A DNA stretch of 63,993 nt, filler included, from Chrysochromulina tobinii (Eukaryota), in NCBI GenBank assembly GCA_001275005.1. It is 7 parts of 7 records of this genome, joined end to end, with 100 filler letters (N's around TTAATTAATTAA, not from the genome) between each part and the next. Parts side by side here need not be neighbours in the genome. Positions count along the whole stretch, not along the records: positions 30,328 to 44,719 come from JWZX01000491.1; positions 44,820 to 59,776 come from JWZX01000492.1; 5 more parts are not named here. The stretch is one strand, 5' to 3'. Every line of letters starts with the position of its first letter. Position 1 is the stretch's first letter. Shown here piece after piece: positions 33,722 to 45,400 of this stretch. The notes under the pieces were generated by a model. That model did no database searches and had not been told where the DNA came from. It saw only the letters and a list, made by a program, of their open reading frames with translations. The position numbers were made by a program, and so were the translations under genes.

Positions 33722-35574
33722 TCACCGGCGCGCGCTGGCGAGGGCCTGGCGCGTATGCTCGTCGTTCTGCTGGCGCAGCGCACGCATCGCCTCGAGCTTC
33801 TCCCGGTGCGACAGACCGGTAAGAGGCGTGGGCGCCGCGTTCGATGCGTCGCCGAGCGGCGCGGGCGCCTGTGGCGAAGGCGCCTTGCGCTCGCCGCCCA
33901 TCCATGGCGCCGCAGTGACCTGCCCGCGTGGTGTGCCCGCAGTGGCGGCCAGCTTGAGCGATAAATTGTAATCGGCCGCTGAGACCGGGTCGTGCATTGA
34001 GACGGCGCCGCGTACCTGATGAGGGACGCACTCAAGCCCAATCAGAGGCACTCAGGGCTCATCAGGGCAAGGTGCCCACCTGATGAGGGACGCACTCAAG
34101 CCCAATCAGAGGCAATCAGGGCTCATCAGGGCGAGGTGCCCACCTGATGAGGGACGCACTCAAGCCCAATCAGAGGCCTTCACAGGGCTGTGCATCGGGA
34201 CGGCGCGTCGTACCGAGCGCGAGCGATACTCGGACGGGTTGCCCGCGACAACGTCATTCGGCGCGGCCGCATGCATCGGGGGAGCGACGCCACTCAACGT
34301 CGGGTCCGCCTGCTGCAGACGCCACGCGCGCTTCGCATCGAGCGCGGCTGCGCGGCTCATGCCAGTCGTATCGGGCGCTTCGCGCGGCGTGGGCGGCGGC
34401 AGCATGGGCGCCGTCGTGGGCGGCAGTCGCTCGTCAGCGTAGGCATAGATGGCGAACGCGTCGGCGGCGGGAGGCGGCGGCGGCGGGGGCAGCATGATGC
34501 CCATGGGGCCGACCGGCTCCAAGGTTGTCTTCATCCCCGCGACCGGCGGCACCTGATGAGAGGGTCGCAAGTCGTGCCGATCAGCCGCAATCCGCCGCAA
34601 TCCGCCGCAATCAGGGCAGTCTTCATCCCGGTTTTCGTTGGCCAGAGCCGCAATCCGCCGCAATCCGCCGCAATCAGGGCAGTCATCACCTCGAGCGCCG
34701 CCGTCTTGGCCGCCAGTGCCGCCGCCTCGTGCGCCTGGCGTGCCTCGAGCAGCTGCAGGCGGCGCTCGCGGGTCGCTTCGGCGAGGCTCTCGTCGGGGGC
34801 GAGCTCCGGGCAGAACACGCGCTGCTCAGTCACCCCCGGCGCCTTCTCTGCCACGGGGATGAGCCGGCGGCAGTTGCGCGGCGTATCGCCGTCGAGCCAG
34901 CCGCCGAGCCACGCGGTCGGATGCGCGGTGGACGAGACGCCAGCGGCGCCCGCGGCGGCCTCGGCACGTGCCGCTGCCTCGGCGAGCGCCTGCTCGTGCA
35001 GCGAGACCACCGGCTTCACCGGCGAAGGCTGCATCGCCGTCGGCGGCACGCGATGTGCGTCGCGAGCCGTGAGCGGTCGCTCAAAGTACGTGTACACGGA
35101 GCCATGCGCTCCCGACTTGACGCCAGCAGCGCCTTCCTCGGACTCGAGGCTGAGCGCGCCAATCGGCAGGTACGGCGCGCCGTCGGGTCCCTGCAGGGCG
35201 GGCTGCCACGGCGGCCCGCCCGTGCTCGTCTGGTGGGCGCTGCCCATGCGTGGCGTCGCGGTCTCAAAGCGCACGTCATGGCGCGTGGCGACAACGCCCG
35301 CCGGCGGGGCGACGAGTGTGTCCTCGATGGCGTGCCCTCCAAACGCGCCCTTTTGCGACTCCTGCCACTGACGGTACTGGCGCAGCACATTCAAGCGCTC
35401 CATGCCCTCGAGGTGAGAGACGTCGGGAGGGCCCTGCGTGAAGTCGAACTCGATGGCCCGCTCGCTGTACTGGCGGTACTGGCGCATCACTTCGAGTCGC
35501 TCTTTGGTAGATAGTCCTGTCACGTCCGGCGGGCCCCGCGAGAAGTCGAAGTACGCATTGTAGTCAGTAGGCAT
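33722..35574 (-). CDS. Unknown protein with an internal repeat; exons 35574-34690, 34552-34214 and 34015-~33722
   Basis: GT-AG introns 34553-34689 and 34016-34213 join ORFs; repeated motif GLSTKERLEVMRQYRQ / HLEGMERLNVLRQYRQ / GLSHREKLEAMRALRQ. Confidence 0.55.
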
Positions 35575-35690
35575 GGGCGCGGACGGGTAGCTTCTCGACG
35601 TTCACACGCGTCACTTTGTGAATGTGGAAAGCAGTACTGCTCAGAAAGGAAATACGATTTCAATTCAATTGAGTGGGGAGCGTCGGCAAC

Positions 35691-38600
35691 ATGCAGCCCA
35701 GATGTGTAGGCCGACTGCGCTCCAGTGGCTCGGCCACTACCGGCTCGAGCAGCGTCGACGGCAACACCGCGGAGCGGCCGGGCAACCGAATCCGCGTCGC
35801 GGTGCGCGTTCGTCCGCCGATCCACGAGGACCTCGAGCTCGCCTCGAAGCTTGGCGACGACTCGTTTGAGGAGTGCATCGAGGAGCATCCGAGCACGGGC
35901 ACGATCAAGCTGCGCAAGCCCTTCCACGACACGCGCGAATTCGCCGTCGACTTCGTGCTCGGCCGCGAGGCCACGCAGGCGGAGACCTACGAGGCCGTCG
36001 GCCGCGAGGTGGTTGACGACGTGCTCGAGGGCTTCAACGGCACGATCCTCGCGTACGGCCAGACGGGCACGGGCAAGACGTACACGATCTATGGCCCGCT
36101 CTCGTACTGGCGCCGTTCGCCCACGAGCCAGGGCGTGGGCGGCGGCCTCGGCAAGGTGGCGCCGCACCTTGCGGCGCCGCCGCTGCCGCTGCAGCCGCAA
36201 CTGGAGCTGTCGGGCATCGTGACGCGCGCGGCGGTGCAGATCTTCGCGCACGCCGAGGAGCTCCGCGCGCGCGGCGATCCTCGGCGCTTCCGCGTGACGC
36301 TCTCCTCGCTCCAGATTTGGCAGGAGGCGATCTCCGACCTCCTCGGCGAGCGAGGCGTCTCCGGCCCACTCGCGGTCCGTGAGGATGGCCTCTGATGGCC
36401 TCTGATGGCCTCTGATGGCCTCTGATGGCCTCTGATGGCCTCTGATGGCCTCTGATGGCCTCTGATGGCCTCTGATGGCCTCTTGATGGTCGCTGAGGAG
36501 GTCTGATGAGGTTTGATTGTGTGCATCCTCAGGTACGCGAGGATAAGGATCGAGGCATCTACGTCGAGGGGCTGACAGAGCATCCAGTCGACGCCCCCGA
36601 CGCTGTGCTCGCGCTCGTGCACGAGAGCGCGACCAACCGCGCCACGTGTGGAACCTCGATGAACCGCACCTCGAGCCGCTCACACGCGCTGCTGCTGCTT
36701 CGTGTTGAGCAGTGGACGGAGTCGACCGACGAGGCGGCGGCCGACCTGGCGGCGATCCAGACGGGCGACGAGGCGCTCTCGGATCGCTCGTCCGTCGTGT
36801 CCGCGAGCGCGCCGCGCATCGCCGTGCGCCGCGGCCTCCTCTCGATCGTCGACCTCGCCGGCTCCGAGCGCGTGTGTAAATCGGGATCGGAGGTGCGCCT
36901 CTCGCCTCCAATCTCGCCTCCAATCTCGGCCCAATCTCGGCCCAATCTCGCCTGCAATCTCGGCCTAATCTCGCCTCCAATCTCGCCTCGCAGGGGGTGC
37001 GGCTGGAAGAGGCGAAGCGGATCAACAAGTCGATCGCCGCCCTCGGCAACTGCATCGCGGCGCTCTCGTCTGGGAATGGTGAGGGCACCAGCCACGTGCC
37101 CTTCCGCGGACCCAGCATGCAAGTGCTCATCACGGCCCCCCCCCCCCCTCCCCTCCCCACAGGTAAGGGCACCAGCCACGTGCCCTTCCGCGACTCGAAG
37201 CTGACACGGCTGCTGACCGACTCGCTCGGCGGCAACACGAAGACGGCGCTCTGCGCCGCCATCGGCCCGGCGCTCCATAATTACGATGAGACGTTCTGCA
37301 CGCTCCTGCTGGCGACGCGCGCGCGCGTGGTGCGCAACTACGCGCGCATCAACGAGCGCATCGAGAGGGAGACGAACGCGGCGCCCGAGCGACTCGCTTT
37401 GTTGGCCCAGATGCGCGCTCTCCAGACCGAGGTCATGAAGCTCCGACGCGAAAAGGCGGAGCAGCGTGTGCCGCGCGCGCCGGCGCCGGCGCCGGCGCCG
37501 GCGCCGGCGCCGGTGGCACCGCCGGCGCCGCGCCCAATGGGCACGTGGGCGATGCCCGAAGGCTATCCGCCCGGGACGACGCTCCCGGCGTCGTCGTGGG
37601 CGATGCCCGAAGGCTATCCGTCCGACTACTCGCCCGCGTCGGCGCGACGCGTCGTCCCGGGCGCGGGAAGCGTCGTCCCGGGCGCGGACGCGGCGGCGGC
37701 ATCGTACAACATGCTCCGCGCGCGCGTCGCGAGTCTCTTCGCCGATGACGCCGCGTACGCGGGCGCTGTGCCGGGCGCTGTGCCGGGCGCTGTGCCGAGC
37801 GCTGTGCCGAGCGCTGTGCCGAGCGCTGTGCCGAGCAGCGCGATGGCGCCGGCGTCCACCTGGGAGGAAGCTATTGATTTGAGTCGCGCTGTCATCGAGC
37901 ACTCTGGGCGGGTCCTCGGGGCGGCCGAGTGGGCGGCCGCCTCCGCCGCCACCCCGACTGATCCATACCGCTCCGCCGCGGGCCAGATGCATGCAGAGAT
38001 GCCTGCAACCGCATGCAATGCGGCGAGCACTCGCATGCAAGGGATGCCAGAGCACCCTGCCATGCCGCCCCTGCCCCCCTTCCCAGGCGTCAACCCCTTC
38101 GTCGCCGCCGTCGAAGGTGCTCGTGACGGCGCTCGGGACGGCGCCCGAGACGGCGCTCAAGACGGCGCTCGAGCGCCCTCCTCGTCTCCGCGCAACCGCC
38201 GTGGAGGCGCCGTCGTGGGCGCGTCAACGGCACCTGCCGCCGCGCCTGCGGGATGCCTCAGTGCGTGGGAGCAGGTCGTCTGGTCCGAGCAGCTCCAGAT
38301 GCCAAATTTGGAGCAGCTCCAGATGCCAAATTTGGATCCTTTGGAGCCGGCTCAAAATGTCACGGCCTGGTCGCAGCGGTTCGAGCACGGCGTGAGCGAC
38401 ACGGGCGCGGTGGCCATGGCGAGCGCCATGGCGAGCGCGAGCGGCGGCAGCGGCGGCGCGGGTGCTCACGGCGGCGTGGGTGCGATGTTCCCTAGTGGCG
38501 CCACGCCACTCTCTGCCCGGAGTACGTCTGCGGCGCTGCAGGCGCGGCTGCAGCGCCGGCCGCTGGCGGTGGGTGCGCCTGCCGCTGACGCCGGGCCGGC

Positions 38601-38958
38601 GGCGGCGGCGGCGGCGGCGACGGAGGCGGCGGCGAAGCTCTCGGGACTCAATAGCCTGATTGGTGCGATGGGGGGGAATGGCCACGCGGGGCTCTCGGGC
38701 GCCGTCTCGGGCGCGGGCGAGCAGCCTTTCGACGTCGAGCGCAGCGCCGACGTGGCGGGCGCCGTGCCGGGCGAGGCCGACGCCGAGGCGGACGTGGTGC
38801 TGGACCAGCTGGTCTCGGGGCTTCTTGCGACGCCGTGCATCCGGCGCCGTCTTGATCAACTGTATGGGCGCGCTGCGCCGTCGCAGAGGTCGTGGCAGAC
38901 GCCCTCGTCGCAGACGCCCTCGCAGATGCCGTCGCCGGACCGGCGCGAAGTTCGCTGA
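35691..38958 (+). CDS. Kinesin with N-terminal motor domain; introns 36375-36532, 36893-36993 and 37079-37162
   Basis: [50 protein letters not shown]. Confidence 0.93.
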
Positions 38959-39231
38959 TCGCGCTCGCACCCTCGCTGCTGCGCGCAGAATACTTAGACC
39001 TCCACTCTGTACCAAGCACCATGCACTGTCCTACGTACCGTATTTCGTGACTCAAATACAAATTTGTTGTTGAGTGCGTCGCGTTTCACAGCCACCTGCT
39101 CGCCTGCTTATTATAATTTCACAGCCAATGTTTAGAATTCGACACCCATTTCACAGTCGCGCAGCATAGTCACGCAGCGTCGTCGCACCTTCGACGCTTT
39201 CGTCAGTGCATCCTGGGCCACCGCGCGAAAG

Positions 39232-40673
39232 ATGTTCGGCGACATGGAGGCCATGATGAAACAGGCCAAGGCTGCGGCCGCGAAGACTGCGTCCATGGTC
39301 GCGGACAAAGCCGCCGTGGCCAGCAAGCAGCTCGCGGCCGCCAACGCGGGCCCTCCTACCTATGAGGGCTCACTTGAGAAGGTCGTGCAGTCGCTGCTGG
39401 AGGCGCAGCAAGGTCTGGGCCAGGCAATGTCTTTCGTTCCGGGTAGTGGCCCAGAGCGGCAGGCTGGCCGGAAGACGCTCACCGACATCTACGAGAGCCT
39501 TCAGCAGCAGCTCGAGCGCCTCGATAAGGTGAGGAACGGAACGCCCACGCCGCCGACCAAGCCAGCGCCAACTAAGGCGTACTCGGCCCCGCCTATGGAG
39601 AGCTCCTCGTACTCGGCCCCCGCGCCGAAGCCCGCTCCGCCGAAGCCCGCCCCACCGCCCGCCGCGCCTGCTTTCGCCGACTTCGGCGACTTCTCGTCAG
39701 CTCCCGCGCCCGCGCCCGCGCCCGCGCCTGCCTTCGCCGACTTTGGCGACTTTTCTTCTGCGCCCGCGCCGGCGCCGCCGCCCCAAGCGCCCGCCAAGAC
39801 GGCGGAGGTGGACCTGTTCGGTGACTTCAGCGCCGCCCCGAGCCCGCCCAAGACCGCCGCCAGCGCCTCGTCGGACGGCTTCGGCGACTTTGGCGACCTA
39901 CTCGGCGGCGGCCCGCCTGCCACGAATCGCGCCTCGACGGGTAACGCCCTCGATGACATGTTTGGGTTGGGCGGCGGCGGCGCCCCTACTCCTCGCTCGG
40001 CGTTCGAAGAGCTCACGATGGACGCGCCTCTGATGCCAGAGGGCATGACCGTCGGCGAAATCTTGCCCGAGAAGCGGCTCAAGTTGCCTGACGCGGATAA
40101 GTTCCAACACGCGCCGTTTGAGCCCGAGGAGACGCAATCCCAGGTCGAGAAGCGCGTCCAGGCTTGGGCCGATGGGAAGAACCTGCAGGCGCAGCTCGCC
40201 AGCCTGCACACGATCGCGCCCAAGTGCTGCAGGTGGGAGCCAAATCCATTGGAGAGCCGAATGCCTCCCTGATTGCATGCCTCCTAATTGCATGCTGAGT
40301 GCCTCCTAATTGCATGCAGGTGGGAGCCCAAATCCATTGGAGAGCCGAATGCCTCCCTGATTGCATGCCTCCTAATTGCATGCTGAGTGCCTCCTAATTA
40401 CATGCAGGTGGGAGCCCAAATCCATTGGAGAGCCGAATGCCTCCCTGATTGCATGCCTCCTAATTGCATGCTGAGTGCCTCCTAATTGCATGCAGGTGGG
40501 AGCCCAAATCCATTGGAGAGCTGCTCGATGAGCAGAAGCTCAAGGACGCGTATAAGCTCTCGCTCGTCGCAGTGCACCCGGATAAGCTGGATAACGATCG
40601 ACCTGAGTGGGAAAAGATTCGGTGCCAGCTCATCTTCAATCACCTGCGCCGCAACCGGCCAAAGTCGTCGTGA
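39232..40673 (+). CDS. Auxilin-like J-domain protein; exons 39232-40232 and 40496-40673
   Basis: DF/DLF clathrin/AP-binding-like motifs; WADGKNLQAQLASL..WEP..AYK..VHPDK. Confidence 0.85.
40233..40495 (+). repeat. Three tandem 87-88-nt GT...AG units forming the intron
   Basis: Units 40233-40319, 40320-40407 and 40408-40495, each starting with a copy of the downstream exon start. Confidence 0.9.
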
Positions 40674-41140
40674 GCGCGTGCGCGCGCGCCGAGCGAACCC
40701 TAAAAGGGACTTCCCTAAAAGGGGCTCGAGCCCGAGCCGTACCGGTAGGGGCACTGCCGAGGCTCCTCGGGCGGCGTCGGTAGGGATCGTGCCGTCGTTA
40801 GTCATGCGGGCACCCTTGGGGCATGCGGAGGGGCCGCCGGAGCATGTGGCGACGTCGATGGTAGGCTTGAGCTCGTGCAGAGCTCGTGGCGAATACTGGG
40901 GTCTGGTGTTCTTCCTTCATGCGACATTGCCCTCAGAGCTCAGTGATTGTGTGCGGCGTCGCGTCAAGACTCAACGTGTTGTGTTAAGTGCTTGGGTGTT
41001 CCTGCCGCGCATACAATTGTCCGTGTGCTGGTTTTGTGCGTGATCATTACTCTCCAATGAATTGTCGAAAAACGCGTCGTCCTGGCGCGTGTCTTGTTCG
41101 GCGACCCTTGGAGGCAATTTCGTTTGCACCTCCTCCATCC

Positions 41141-42311
41141 ATGGGCGCGTTGCACCGGCCGCTCATGCAGATTCTCTTCGGCAGCTTACTAGAGCGATGG
41201 ATTGATCCGTCCCACGTGGCTTTCGCGCTCGGCTCGGGCGGCAGCCTGCTCTCGGATGCATGTGGTCTCTTCTCGTGCTGGCTTTTTGTGTACATGGCCT
41301 TGCGTGGTTTCTATGCGACGGTGCCGCCGCTCTTGCGCTGGTACCACGCGCGCAGATATCCCAAAGCGCCGACGAGCAACGTGACGGAGCCGCTCATTGA
41401 GAACATGAAGGAGGTCGCGAACGCGGCCTTTCCGCTCTATGCCACCGTCCCCATTCTCACCGACCTCTTCCAGCGCAAGGGATGGGCGATGACGTGCGAC
41501 GACGTGGCCGACTGCGGCGGCTGGATGCCCACGCTGCTGGGTTGCCTCGGCTACTTTGCCTTCCTCGAGGTGGTCATCTTCGTCGACCACTGTATGCGGC
41601 TGGGTCTCAACCCCCGCCGGCCGTAGATTTCGTCTACCTTTCCTCTTGCTCTCCCTCCTGCACTGCCCCCTCCTACTGACCCGCTGTCCGAATGCCTCGA
41701 GCTGCGCCTCGGCAGATTACCTGCTGCACAAGTGGAACCTCGGCAAGCGGCTCGGCGAGCATGCGTACCATCACGTGTACAAGTATGCCGACCAGCTCAA
41801 CGCGTTCTCAGGCTACTCGTTCGCGCCGCAGGATGGGTGGTCCCAGGGCCTTGCCCTCGCCCTCGGCACACTGGTGGTGCCCGTGCCGCTGCCGTTTGTC
41901 TTCTTCATGGAGGCGGCCACGGGCCTGTGGACGCTCTACATCCACACCGACATCTCGCCGCTGCCGTGGCCCTTGATGGGATGCGACTACCATTACATCC
42001 ACCATCGGTACAACTGGTACAACTTTGGGTTCATGACGCTGACGATGGACACGCTCTTCGGCACGGTGAAGCACCCGAAGGCGGACGCCCTCGACAAATC
42101 GCGTGGCGTCATCCCGATGCCCGAGGAGGAGAAGCAGCGCTCGGTGACGCTCACTGCCGAGATCCTTAGCAAGCGCGGCAGAGAGGCACTCCAAAGTGAT
42201 GACGCGGCGGGCAACGAGAAGGAAGGAGCGCCCTCGGCGGCCGAGCCCGTGTCGCGCAAGGCCGCTTCGTCGCCGCTTCGTCGCCGCCCAAATGCAGCCG
42301 CAGCCTCGTGA
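41141..42311 (+). CDS. Sterol desaturase / fatty acid hydroxylase superfamily (ERG3-like); intron 41592-41715
   Basis: His boxes HYYLLH, HAYHH, HYIHH; YNFG..MDTLFGT. Confidence 0.85.
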
Positions 42312-42739
42312 GCACGGGTCGTGCGCCGTGCGGCGGCGTCGGCCGTCGCGGGCGCCGGGGAGGCGGGGTCCATAAGCGACGAGGTCGAGGAGGCTGGGCG
42401 ACATGTTGATATTGACGTGTGAATGTGGTGTGAGAAGATTCGTCGATTGTCGGTCTGGACATAGGCCGATGCTGCATCGGGGTAGGCGAACAGGCGAAAA
42501 CGTGAATTTAATGAGATATCACGTTACAACCGGCGACGGATCTGAACGGCGGTTTGGGTTTCGAGTTTTTTGGTTTACGTTTAGTCGGTCGTGCCGCGCG
42601 TACCGCGAACCGCGTGAAGATGTTGCGCTGCCCGGGGCCGCCTCACAGTCAGTGACGTCACCAGTCCCGGGTCCCGACCGGACGTGCAACGTTGGCACGT
42701 CAGACTCTCTGCACGTCTCGCCCGCGAGATACTAATCAT

Positions 42740-43597
42740 TCAATATGCTGCGAGCTTGGCGTTCTTCGTCCAGAAGGCTTTGTATGCGTGGTCCGTGCCG
42801 CATAGCCAGTCCCAGAATGGCAAGAAATCGGAGTAGCATCCGTGGTTGTGCGAGTGGTGGAAGTCGTGACGTCGTGAGCCTCCGTGGAAGAGCCCCCGGT
42901 TGAAGGGGTCAAAAGGCAGGTCGAAGCCGCTGTGGCTCTGGACAGTCTGCCACTGACGCAGCACTGTGAAGAGCATGAGCACTGTGAAGTGCGAGCCCAG
43001 CACCATCGATGGGACGATCCCAGGGAGCACGTTGAGTATCAGGTCGACGATTCCAAAGTACTCACTCGCCCAAACCGTCGTCGCCTTGAACCCGTGATGC
43101 TGCTTGTGGATGGTCCTGTACAGCAAGGGCGACGCGTGGAGCGCGCGGTGCGTCCAGTAGAAGATCGTGTCGCATCCGACGATCATCAAGGCAATGTCAC
43201 GGCACCATATGCGTGCGTGCGGAAGCGGGTCGCACACGGTGATGTAGGAGGCAATGATGGGGTAGGCGAGGTAGAGGCAGAGCGGTACTACAAAGAAGGT
43301 GCCGAGTATCTGCTCGTAGAAGGCTCGCCTGTTTAGCTGAACGTTTTCGGGCGTGTCCGCCTTCAGATCGGGGCGCTGACGAGGGAGTCGGTACGCGCTC
43401 CAGAAATTCTTCCGCTCTGCGAGCACGAAGACTCCGCAGCTGATGTAGAGTGCCAGAGCGTGGAGCACCGATCCGATGAAAACTACGAGAAGTCGCTCGT
43501 CGGCTGGCCAGCGGGCGCACGCGTCCATCCACCAATCAGCAGGTGGCGAAGGTGGAGGAGTGAAGAAGGAGTTGGACCACGACTCGAACGCGTTCAT
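42740..43597 (-). CDS. Sterol C4-methyl oxidase-like (ERG25/SMO family)
   Basis: YWTHRALH, IHKQHH, HSGFDLP, HDFHH, WDWLCGTD. Confidence 0.85.
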   Translation of the reverse strand: MNAFESWSNSFFTPPPSPPADWWMDACARWPADERLLVVFIGSVLHALALYISCGVFVLAERKNFWSAYRLPRQRPDLKADTPENVQLNRRAFYEQILGTFFVVPLCLYLAYPIIASYITVCDPLPHARIWCRDIALMIVGCDTIFYWTHRALHASPLLYRTIHKQHHGFKATTVWASEYFGIVDLILNVLPGIVPSMVLGSHFTVLMLFTVLRQWQTVQSHSGFDLPFDPFNRGLFHGGSRRHDFHHSHNHGCYSDFLPFWDWLCGTDHAYKAFWTKNAKLAAY

Positions 43598-43836
43598 GAA
43601 AGTGGTTGTGGTCGAGATCGTCGAGTGAGTTGGCCTGGTCGACGAGGGTGAGCGCGGTAAACATGGCACGAGGGCGCGACGGCCAAGCGATTCACAACAA
43701 ACACGACTAGGCATGCATGTCCACACCGTACATGTACATGTAAACTCGCGTTTGACATCGAGATAGCTGAGGGTGCTGTGTTTTGAGGCCTCCTAAAACA
43801 GGCAATCAGCTAATCACGCCTGTGCATGGTGATATT

Positions 43837-44719
43837 ATGCAGGGACCTGCCATGTTTGCACTCGACGAAGACCGGCCGGGCCCTTTAGCGCGCGAGGTGG
43901 AGGTAGGAAACGTCGAGTACAAGCTCAAGCTCATCGAGCCGACGAGCACACGCTTCGAGCAGCTCGTCACGCAGCTCAAGTGGCGGCTGGCCGAGGGCGG
44001 CGGCGAGGCCATTTACGAGATCGGTGTTGAAGACGATGGATCGCTGCGTGGGCTCTCCGAAGCGGACATGGAAGAAAGCCTGCACACTCTCCAGCGGATG
44101 TGCAACCGGCTCAAGGCTCATATGCTCGTACGCTACCGACGGAGCGTCGGAGGCGGTGAGGCGACCGTGGCCGAGGTGCTCGTGCGCGCCGTCGAGGTGA
44201 CGAGCAAGCCTGAGGTCCGCGTTGCCTTCCTGGGCGGACCGCAGTCCGGCAAATCGACGCTCGTTGCCGGCCTTGCCACCGGCCAGCGCGATAACGGGCA
44301 GGGTTCCGCACGGACGCTCGTCATGCGCCACCCGCACGAGCTCCAGTCGGGCGCGACGTCGTCGATTTCGGAGCATACGATCGGGTTCGACGCGCACGGC
44401 CGGCTCGTCAACTCGGCCGACGCCACATTCGGCACGAGCTCCGCCTCGGAAATTGTCGCGCAGAGCGCGCGGCTCGTCACGCTGCTCGATCTGTGCGGGG
44501 AGGAGCGCTACCTCAAGACGACCCTCTATGGGTTGACGGCGCACGCCCCCGATTTTGCGATCCTCGCCGTGCGTGCCGACCAGCCAGTGATCACGAGCGG
44601 CGGCGCCGGTAGCAACAGTGGTGGCGGTGGCAGCAATGCAAGTAGTGGCAGCGGCGGCGGCAGCGGCGGCAGCGGCGGCAGCGGCGGCAGCGGCGGCGGC
44701 GGCAGCGGCGGCGGCGGCG
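43837..44719 (+). CDS. GTPBP1/GTPBP2-like translational GTPase (3'-partial)
   Basis: EVEVGNVEYKLKL..QLKWRLAEGGGEAIYEIG; GGPQSGKSTL; DNGQGSAR..RHPHE; DLCGEERYLKTT. Confidence 0.9.
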
Positions 44720-44819
44720 NNNNNNNNNNNNNNNNNNNNNNNNNNNNNNNNNNNNNNNNNNNNTTAATTAATTAANNNNNNNNNNNNNNNNNNNNNNNNN
44801 NNNNNNNNNNNNNNNNNNN
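44720..44819. other. Artificial contig linker
   Basis: N + TTAATTAATTAA + N. Confidence 0.97.
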
Positions 44820-45004
44820 TCGTCGGTGCTCTCCGTCTGCACATTATTCGTGCCCCACTTTTCTGCAGTGAAGCCAGGCTCATCGTCATTATTCGTGCGC
44901 GGACCGCCGTCGAGCATGAACGGCCACGATTTGAGCACACCTGAGGCCGGAATGGGATGCGGATGAAGCAGCAGCAGCAGCGCGACGACTCGCGCGGACG
45001 TCAT
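44820..45004 (-). CDS. N-terminus of a putative secreted protein (partial)
   Basis: MTSARVVALLLLL signal-peptide-like start; runs off the contig. Confidence 0.4.
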
Positions 45005-45400
45005 GAGAAACCCGGGGCTTCAGGCCTTGTGTGAACCAATGGCTGTGAACCCTTTTTTGCTCACGTACAGCCAGGTCGTCGCTTTGGGAAATTCATTCTA
45101 CCGAAAGCTAAGGACGAGCCAACGCGGGCACAAGAGACAAGTCGCTTGCCGTGACATCCGAAAATTATCAGATGTCGGATTCATGTTGTCAGTGGTTGTT
45201 TAGGAGCAACGGACCGCGGCCTCTAGGGTCTATGCATGTGCCATGTCCAAACGCGGCAACGACGCGAGAAACCGCTAAGAAACCGTGGGGGCTCATTGTA
45301 GCCTGTGTGCCGACCACCTCCAAAATCGGACAATATCCCGCGCGCTTCGCCTCCAGCCGATCGCTGCCATGCCTGATAGACTCGTCGCCGCGCCTAAGGA

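Noticed and set aside
35520..38160. Long antisense ORFs (580 and 533 aa) and similar shadows elsewhere
   Set aside because: Overlap the kinesin on the opposite strand; expected in high-GC DNA; no motifs
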